Below are positions 26,446 to 32,000 of a stretch of DNA of 32,000 nt, piece after piece. Origin of the DNA: Cupriavidus necator (GTDB lineage Bacteria; Pseudomonadota; Gammaproteobacteria; Burkholderiales; Burkholderiaceae). The stretch is taken from positions 30,001 through 62,000 of the forward strand of contig NZ_CP066020.1 of NCBI RefSeq assembly GCF_016127575.1. The letters run 5' to 3'. Under the pieces are notes generated by a model that made no database searches, was not told the DNA's origin, and saw only the letters and a program-made list of their open reading frames with translations. The position numbers and the translations under genes were made by a program. Positions within the stretch are counted from its first letter, which is position 1. Every line of letters starts with the position of its first letter.

Positions 26446-28662
26446 ATGATTCAGTGTGCATTCAAGATTGTGATGAAAGCCGTAGGGAAGAATTGCGCAT
26501 CGGGTCAAAGGCCGGGTTGTCGTGACGCTCCCCAGGCGCTCGCGCCGCATTGCGGCCCGTGCCTGCGACGGCCCTCGACGCTGGCGATCGGAGTTGCGGT
26601 AAGCTGCTGCGCCATCCCTCATGGCGCCTCGATCGCCGGCGGCGTGCAGCAGCCCGAGGCGCAACTCAGGACGGTGACCGTGCAAGGCTCGCAGGCGGAG
26701 GCAGATGCGACCGGGGAGGCTGCCAGTCAGGGCTATGTCACGCGCGGGCAGCTCGAAAACCGGCCACTGCTGCGGCCCAGGGAACTGCTTGAAACGGTGC
26801 CGGGGCTGATCGTCACGCAACACAGCGGCGACGGCAAGGCTAACCAGTACTTCCTGCGCGGCTTCAACCTCGACCATGGCACCGACCTGGCCACCACCGT
26901 GGCAAGCATGCCCGTCAATATGCGCACCCATGTGCATGGCCAGGGCTACACCGACCTCAACTTCGTGATTCCTGAACTGGTGAGTGGCATTGCCTACAAG
27001 AAGGGAACCTACTTCGCGGAAGAGGGCGATTTCTCCGCGGCCGGCGCGGTCCGGATAGATTATGTTTCCAGCCTGCCGCAAGGCATCGCGCAGCTGGAGC
27101 TGGGCCAGCACGGCTACCGGCGCGCGCTGCTGGCCGACTCTAATCAGGTAGGACCGGGCACGCTGCTCTATGGCTTCGAATGGTTGGGCGAGAACGGCCC
27201 TTGGGTGCTGCCGGAAGGCGTGCACAAGCTCAACGGCGTGCTGCGCTACAGCTTGCCGCTGGGCGGCGGCGAGCGCCTAGGCATCACGGCGATGGCTTAC
27301 AAGAACGCCTGGAACTCGACGGACCAGGTGCCGCAGCGCGCCATCGACCAGGGCCTGATCTCCCGCTTTGGCCATATCGATCCCACCGACGGTGGCGCAT
27401 CGTCGCGCTACAGCCTTTCCGCCGACTGGCAGCGGCCGCTCCAGGACGGCCAGTTCAAGGCCAATGCCTATATGATCAAGAGCCGCCTGCAACTGTTCTC
27501 CAACTTCACCTACGCGCTGAACAACCCCGAGCGCGGCGACCAGTTCGAGCAGTTCGAGAACCGGGTGACCACCGGCGCCAATGCGTCGCGCACCTGGTTC
27601 GGCACGCTCGCGGGACGCGACACTGAGTCCGAACTCGGCACGCAGCTGCGCTACGAGCGGCTCGATCCCATTACGCTCAACAACACTGCGGCGCGGCATT
27701 CCTACCAGCAAGTCCGCAGCGACCGCGTCAACGAAACCAGCGCCGCGCTGTATCTGCGTAATACCGTCCAATGGCTGCCCTGGCTGCGCACCGTGGCCGG
27801 CCTGCGCGCGGACCAGTTCTGGTACGGCGTGTCCAGCGACAATCCCGCCAATTCCGGCAACGGTCGTGATCACATCGTTAGCCCCAAGCTGAGCCTGGTG
27901 TTGTCGCCCACGGCCAAGACCGATGTGTTCGTCAACTGGGGGCGCGGATATCACAGCAACGACGTGCGCGGCGCCACCGCCACGGTCGATCCTTCCACGG
28001 GAGATCCCGTGCAAAAGGTGAGCGTGCTAGTTCCCGCCACGGGTTGCGAGCTGGGTGTGCGCACAGGGGACGTGTTGCCCGGGCTGCAGTTGTCGGCATC
28101 GCTATGGCGCCTCAATATCGGCTCTGAACTGGTGTTCTCGGGCGATACCGGCACTACCGAGCCGAGCCGGCCAAGCCGGCGCACGGGCATCGAGCTGACC
28201 GCCTACTATGTGCCCATGGCAGGGCTCATCATCGACGCGGACGCCGCCTTTTCCCGCGCGCGTTTCCGCGATCACGAGAGCATCGGCGACTACATTCCGG
28301 AATCCATCCAGACCACCGCGTCGATGGGCTTGTCCGCCAACCGGGGCCGCTGGTCGTTTGGCGCGAGGATGCGCTATTTTGGCCCGCGTCCGCTGATCGA
28401 GGACAACAGCGTGCGCTCCGCCTCGTCCTTCCTGGTCAATCTCAAGCTCGGCTACCGCGTGCAAAAGAACGTGCGGATCTTCGCGGAAGTACTGAATGTG
28501 CTGGGCAAGCGGGCCAACGATATCGACTACTACTATGCTTCGCTGCTCAAGGGAGAGACATTTCCCCTGGATGCCAGCGGTGCGGCCGCCGGCATCAACG
28601 ACCACCATATCCATCCGGCTGAGCCGCGCACCTTGCGCGTTGGCATCACCTGGAGTTTTTGA
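26446..28662 (+). CDS. TonB-dependent outer-membrane receptor
   Basis: 738-aa ORF with GAAGGAGG (26434-26441) upstream of ATG 26446. Plug-domain motifs are LLETVPGLIVTQHSGDGKANQYFLRGFNLDHGTD. The beta-barrel region is long and rich in Y/G/N/R, and the protein ends in the terminal aromatic ...RVGITWSF. The start codon and signal peptide are uncertain because the first ~60 aa are atypical. Confidence 0.85.
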   Translation: MIQCAFKIVMKAVGKNCASGQRPGCRDAPQALAPHCGPCLRRPSTLAIGVAVSCCAIPHGASIAGGVQQPEAQLRTVTVQGSQAEADATGEAASQGYVTRGQLENRPLLRPRELLETVPGLIVTQHSGDGKANQYFLRGFNLDHGTDLATTVASMPVNMRTHVHGQGYTDLNFVIPELVSGIAYKKGTYFAEEGDFSAAGAVRIDYVSSLPQGIAQLELGQHGYRRALLADSNQVGPGTLLYGFEWLGENGPWVLPEGVHKLNGVLRYSLPLGGGERLGITAMAYKNAWNSTDQVPQRAIDQGLISRFGHIDPTDGGASSRYSLSADWQRPLQDGQFKANAYMIKSRLQLFSNFTYALNNPERGDQFEQFENRVTTGANASRTWFGTLAGRDTESELGTQLRYERLDPITLNNTAARHSYQQVRSDRVNETSAALYLRNTVQWLPWLRTVAGLRADQFWYGVSSDNPANSGNGRDHIVSPKLSLVLSPTAKTDVFVNWGRGYHSNDVRGATATVDPSTGDPVQKVSVLVPATGCELGVRTGDVLPGLQLSASLWRLNIGSELVFSGDTGTTEPSRPSRRTGIELTAYYVPMAGLIIDADAAFSRARFRDHESIGDYIPESIQTTASMGLSANRGRWSFGARMRYFGPRPLIEDNSVRSASSFLVNLKLGYRVQKNVRIFAEVLNVLGKRANDIDYYYASLLKGETFPLDASGAAAGINDHHIHPAEPRTLRVGITWSF

Positions 28663-29088
28663 TAACGAAGCAAGCGGCCCCGGCTAGGGTGGCCACACTC
28701 CTTCGGCCGCTCACCAGGCCTAATCCCATTCGGAACAAGAGTTTTGACGTCCGCATAAATCTCAACTAGCGGTTCTTAGCGGACAGCGCCCAATCGTTCG
28801 GATTTTCCGATCCGTGCGTTTCTTCTGCATCGCAACATCCGTGCAGCCGGTCAGCAGCTTTTCATTTTGGGCTGTGTACCGATTAGATTGATCGTCACAA
28901 CGATGCGTGAAAAGCGATCGCAGCCATGCAACGCGCCAGCAAGCTCCCTTTTCCACTATCTTTTTGATCCCGGTTGTCATGGCACAGAATTTGCCAATTA
29001 ATAGGGAACTTGTCAGATGATTGTGCGACTGCAGCATCCATCAAAAGAATAATGAAGAGGTGGCTAGGCTCATTTGATTACACACATC

Positions 29089-29423
29089 TCAGTCGTCAAG
29101 TTCACGGGCGTACCGGAGGCCGGCGGCAAAATCCACCACTCGCTGCAGCCCTTGCCAGATGGTCTTGACTCCGGGTTCGCCGTCGCCTTTGCGCGCCAGG
29201 AAGCCGCCGAGCATGGCGACCAAGCGCACGACCTCGTTCAGACGCGGTGACGTCTTCGGTGGTTTCTTCTTGTTGAGAATGAATGCCGCGCGCCATTCAT
29301 CCCGCTCGAACAGCAGCCCTGCATCCAGGTCCGGGCAAGTTCGGCCCAGTCGCATCAACCGAGCGATGCGCCATGCCACCACCATGAACAGCGCCAAGGC
29401 ACGCTCAAGCCGTGCCATCGATG
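29089..29423 (-). pseudogene. IS4-family (Tn5-like) transposase, C-terminal fragment
   Basis: ARLERALALFMVVAWRIARLMRL...EWRAAFILNKKKPPKTSPRLNEVVRLVAMLGGFLARKGDGEPGVKTIWQGLQRVVDF resembles the Tn5-type dimerisation domain. It joins in frame to the 30717-31446 fragment once the IS3 element and one ATG repeat are removed. Confidence 0.8.
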
Positions 29424-29463
29424 TGACCTTGCCCCTGTTCCACGAATCCCATAAGCGAGGGAA

Positions 29464-30362
29464 TTAGGCAGCCCGGTGTTGCTGAGCTGCGAACCAGTTT
29501 TTCTCGAACGTCATGGGGCTGACGTAGCCCAGCGTCGAGTGGAGCCGGGTGGCATTATAAAAGCCAAGCCAGTCAATTACCTCATCCATTGCGGCGCGGC
29601 GGGTAGCGAACTGGCGACCGTGCAGGCGAGCGACCTTCAACGACCCCCACAGACTCTCTGTCGGCGCGTTGTCCCAGCAATCGCCCCTGCGGCTCATTGA
29701 CGAGCGCATGCCATACGCCTTCAGGGCGTCTTGAAACAGGTGACTGCAATACTGGGCGGATTCAATCGGTCGGTGTGCACAATCAAACCGGCTTCCGGGC
29801 GGCGCCGGAACCAGGCCATGCGCAGCGCGTCCGTGACCAATTCGGCCTTCATGTGTGGTTGCATCGACCAGCCAACCACCTGCCGGCTGAACAGGTCGAT
29901 GATGACCACCAAGTAGAGCCAGCCTTCGGCTGTCGCCACATAGGTGATGTCGCTCGTCCAGACTTGATTGGGTGCTGCAGGACTAAAGTCGCGTTGCAGC
30001 AGATTGTGGGCCACCGGCAAATCGTGGTTCGAGTTGGTCGTCGCAATGTACTTGCGCTTGTGGCGGGCGCGAATGCCGTGCAGTGCCATCAGCTTGCGAA
30101 CACGCTCCTTGCCCACCCGCACACCACGCGCCAGCAGTTCCTTCCACATGCGCGGCCAGCCGTACTCCCCCTTGACCCCGACGTGAATCGCCTTGATGTG
30201 GGCCAGCAAGGCATCGTCACTGAGTCGGCCTCTATCGGGCCTGTCGGTGCTTACTGTGCGTTGCTTGCGCTGGTGATAGCCGCTGGGGCTGACCCCCATC
30301 AGCTCACACAGGACCGAGACCGGCCAGTAACGTCGGTTTTGCTCGATGAACGCATACTTCAC
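29464..30362 (-). pseudogene. IS3-family transposase OrfB (DDE integrase core) with an extra frameshift
   Basis: KYAFIEQNRRYWPVSVLCELMGVSPSGYH...NQVWTSDITYV...LYLVVIIDLFSRQVVGW...GLIVHTDR then changes frame near 29762-29768 and continues ESAQYCSHLFQDALKAYGMRSSMSRRGDCWDNAPTESLW...NATRLHSTLGYVSP. The DDE(35)E core is therefore split over two frames. Confidence 0.82.
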
Positions 30363-30655
30363 ACCGACTCCTTCGCAAAGTATGCCGCGGCTTTTTTTAA
30401 AATATCGCGCTCCATCTTCAAGCGCGCCACTTCCGCCCGAAGCCGGGCCAGCTCCATCTGCTCGGGACTAACCGGCTTCATCCCCGCCCCAGTCAGCTTG
30501 CCTTCCCGCTCCGCCTTGACCCAGTTATGCAGCGTCTGCGCTCTTATACCCAGGGTCGCGCTAACCACCGCCATGCTTTGCCCGCTCTTCACCAGCCGTA
30601 CCGCTTCCAGCTTGAATTCCAGCGTGTACTGCGCCCGCTTTGTCTTGCTTGTCAT
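30359..30655 (-). CDS. IS3-family transposase OrfA (HTH)
   Basis: MTSKTKRAQYTLEFKLEAVRLVKSGQSMAVVSATLGIRAQTLHNWVK... is preceded by AAGGAG. The track ORF starts one codon earlier at a GTG. Confidence 0.88.
   Translation of the reverse strand: MTSKTKRAQYTLEFKLEAVRLVKSGQSMAVVSATLGIRAQTLHNWVKAEREGKLTGAGMKPVSPEQMELARLRAEVARLKMERDILKKAAAYFAKESV
30392..30398 (-). promoter_or_regulatory. Candidate programmed -1 ribosomal frameshift site (A7) linking orfA to orfB
   Basis: The minus strand reads GAT ATT TTA AAA AAA GCC. Slipping -1 on A AAA AAA gives ...KKSRGILCEGVGVKYAFIEQ, which joins OrfA to OrfB as in other IS3-family elements. Confidence 0.6.
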
Positions 30656-30716
30656 CACATCTCTCCTTGCTTCAGTTTAACCTCAGCAAGGGATTCGTTT
30701 TACGGGGGCAAGCTCA

Positions 30717-31446
30717 ATGCGAGTTGCAACGCCTCGACCCGACAGCCGTTCTTAAGCACGTGAAAGAATAGTTCGACCTCCCAACGCGCGCGGTACCAGT
30801 CAATAAGCTGCGCCGCTGCGTCAAGGTCGTCCACCTCGCGATTACTCAGCAGTCGCCATTCAATCGGCTTGACGCCTGCCGGCGGGTCGACCTCCCGGGC
30901 GACGATGCAAGTGGCGCTCACCACGCCGCCCGCAGCATCAGGCAACGTGACACGTTGCGCCCACACCTGCTGCCGTACCGCGCGCGCCGGCTGAGCCTGA
31001 CGGGCTGCCAGCGTAAAGTGAATCCTGCCCACTGGCTTACCCGCAGTCACTTGGTCCCACAGCTTGCCGCCGCCAGGCAAGGTGCGATTGTGCTGCGAGC
31101 GCAGTAGCCAATCCGCCGGGTGGCCCAACTCCTTTGCCTTGACCATCAGCGCCATGATGTCCGACTCCCGGTCAGCCACATAGACGAGTCGCGTGGCAGG
31201 CAGTGCGGCCGCCTGTTCGGCGACCCGCTCATATCCTTCGGTCCAGCGGGTACTTTCCTTGATGCCGGGGCGCACGCCATCCGCACCCTTGGGCTCGCGC
31301 GCCCACATGTAGGCGTCAAGCACGCCCAGCGGTTCGCGCGCTGGCGTTACCGCGTAAGTCGGGTGCAGATATAGCCCGCGTTGCGCCTCATACGACAGCG
31401 GTCCCAAGCCTGCGATGGCCTGGCCGTTAAAGTCCAACTCTAACGC
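30717..31446 (-). pseudogene. IS4-family (Tn5-like) transposase, central fragment (5'-truncated)
   Basis: LVYVADRESDI (second catalytic Asp region) and YRARWEVELFFHVLKNGCRVEALQL (catalytic Glu / YREK region) are present. The N-terminal ~100+ residues, including the first catalytic Asp, are missing. The ORF 'start' in the track is a TTG, and in-frame sequence upstream loses protein-like character after about 31446. Confidence 0.8.
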
Positions 31447-31504
31447 AGAGTGTATTTTTATGCGGAGCCCCGTTCATGGAGGCCCCGTTGGCGAATGAAT
31501 TTGA

Positions 31505-31744
31505 CTACTTTTTTCTCTGCATAAGGGAACCCGGTCTTAGAGAGGCGATGAGTTCATCCGTAGCCTTGAAGCGTCCGGAACGCAGATTTGGCGGGACGAT
31601 TGCTTCGAGCGCTTCCAATTTTACCGATGGGTCCGCACGTGTGTAGATCTCGGTCGTCTGCATGTGTGCGTGGCCGAGCCAAAGCGAAACCTTTCTGAGA
31701 TCCTTGGTGGCTTGCAGGACGGACAACGCACAAGTGTGCCTCCT
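31505..31744 (-). pseudogene. Tyrosine recombinase/integrase, C-terminal fragment
   Basis: In-frame translation gives RRHTCALSVLQATKDLRKVSLWLGHAHMQTTEIYTRAD... This is box II of tyrosine recombinases (HxLRHT...LGH...T..Y with the catalytic Tyr). The ORF 'start' in the track is a TTG inside the domain, and the upstream catalytic regions are absent. Confidence 0.7.
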
Positions 31745-31769
31745 ATATCGTTCACGATATAGGAGGCAC
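31736..31769. repeat. Perfect 34-nt palindrome (16-bp arms, 2-nt spacer)
   Basis: GTGCCTCCTATATCGT tc ACGATATAGGAGGCAC. The left arm overlaps the last recognisable integrase codons. Confidence 0.9.
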
Positions 31770-31854
31770 TATGTGCCCTTCCCGACTATGTCTGGTAATC
31801 GAACGATAGCCCTATTTCGCGGGCAAACAGATGGCCGCAGATAGAGATAGTCTT

Positions 31855-31893
31855 GACTCCTTCCTTCAGCCCCAGAGCATTCGGGAAGGAGTC
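31855..31893 (+). promoter_or_regulatory. 10-bp perfect inverted repeat whose 3' arm contains the SD of the downstream ORF
   Basis: GACTCCTTCC (31855-31864) and GGAAGGAGTC (31884-31893) are separated by 19 nt. AAGGAG (31886-31891) lies 6 nt upstream of ATG 31898. Confidence 0.5.
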
Positions 31894-31897
31894 CATC

Positions 31898-32000
31898 ATG
31901 AGATACACCATCCATGACCGTGTCGTTCTCGCACGCGCACCAGACGGCCCGCTCGCGTCCCATATCGCCGCCTTTGCAAGCTCGATCGCTGCGCAGGGAT
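31898..32000 (+). CDS. Partial ORF running off the window (possibly the N-terminus of a recombinase-type protein)
   Basis: A good SD and ATG are followed by MRYTIHDRVVLARAPDGPLASHIAAFASSIAAQG. To my eye the GPLA.HI..FA....QG pattern resembles N-termini of some tyrosine recombinases. Only 34 codons are visible. Confidence 0.3.
   Translation, partial: MRYTIHDRVVLARAPDGPLASHIAAFASSIAAQG

Larger units (their letters stand above)
29424..30716 (-). mobile_element. IS3-family (IS407-like) insertion sequence, 1293 bp
   Basis: The ends are TG...CA. The IRs are TGACCTTGCCCCTGTTCCACGAATCCC (29424-29450) and the reverse complement of the other end, TGAGCTTGCCCCCGTAAAACGAATCCC (ending at 30716). A 3-bp direct repeat ATG flanks the element (29421-29423 and 30717-30719). 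It has the orfA/orfB organisation with an A7 slippery run. Confidence 0.88.

Noticed and set aside
26443-27225. 260-aa minus-strand ORF opposite the 5' part of the TonB-dependent receptor
   Set aside because: The + strand ORF has plug and barrel signatures and a good SD. The antisense ORF has no recognisable features.
26446-28662. Calling the TonB-dependent receptor a nickel transporter functionally linked to hoxN
   Set aside because: The link is proximity only. The two genes are separated by an IS element and a pseudogene, and no substrate-specific motif is recognisable.
28762-29037. 91-aa minus-strand ORF in the AT-richer island
   Set aside because: It has an unfamiliar Cys/Trp/Arg-rich sequence, no SD and atypical composition. 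This is insufficient support for a gene.

Overview
This high-G+C window has two parts. Nt 1-22213 is an uninterrupted, same-strand (+) [NiFe]-hydrogenase supercluster. Its gene order and residue-level details match the membrane-bound hydrogenase (MBH) region of the Cupriavidus necator (Ralstonia eutropha) H16 megaplasmid pHG1. The order is hoxK (5' end cut by the window edge), G, Z, M, L, O, Q, R, T, V, then hypA, B, F, C, D, E, X, then hoxA, B, C, J, then hoxN. That covers structural MBH genes, MBH-specific maturation genes, general Hyp maturation genes, the NtrC-type activator HoxA, the H2-sensing regulatory hydrogenase HoxBC with its kinase HoxJ, and the nickel permease HoxN. The H16 assignment rests partly on a Ser in the HoxJ G2 box (GTGLSL), which falls at residue 422 when counted from ATG 19356. 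Nt 22214-32000 is a mosaic of mobile-element debris: (a) an IS5-family element with 16-bp terminal IRs and a TTAG target duplication, whose transposase gene is split by a group II intron with a frameshifted RT/maturase ORF; (b) a truncated class-1 fructose-1,6-bisphosphatase pseudogene; (c) an apparently intact TonB-dependent receptor; (d) a 5'-truncated IS4/Tn5-like transposase gene interrupted by an IS3-family (IS407-like) element with TG..CA ends and an ATG target duplication; (e) a tyrosine-recombinase C-terminal fragment and the start of another ORF at the window edge. I saw no tRNA, rRNA or CRISPR array. I do not see convincing evidence of a novel biological system. The hydrogenase part is a well-studied locus, and the most interesting points are residue-level peculiarities and the nested mobile elements. 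All homology calls come from motif recognition by eye. No database search was possible.
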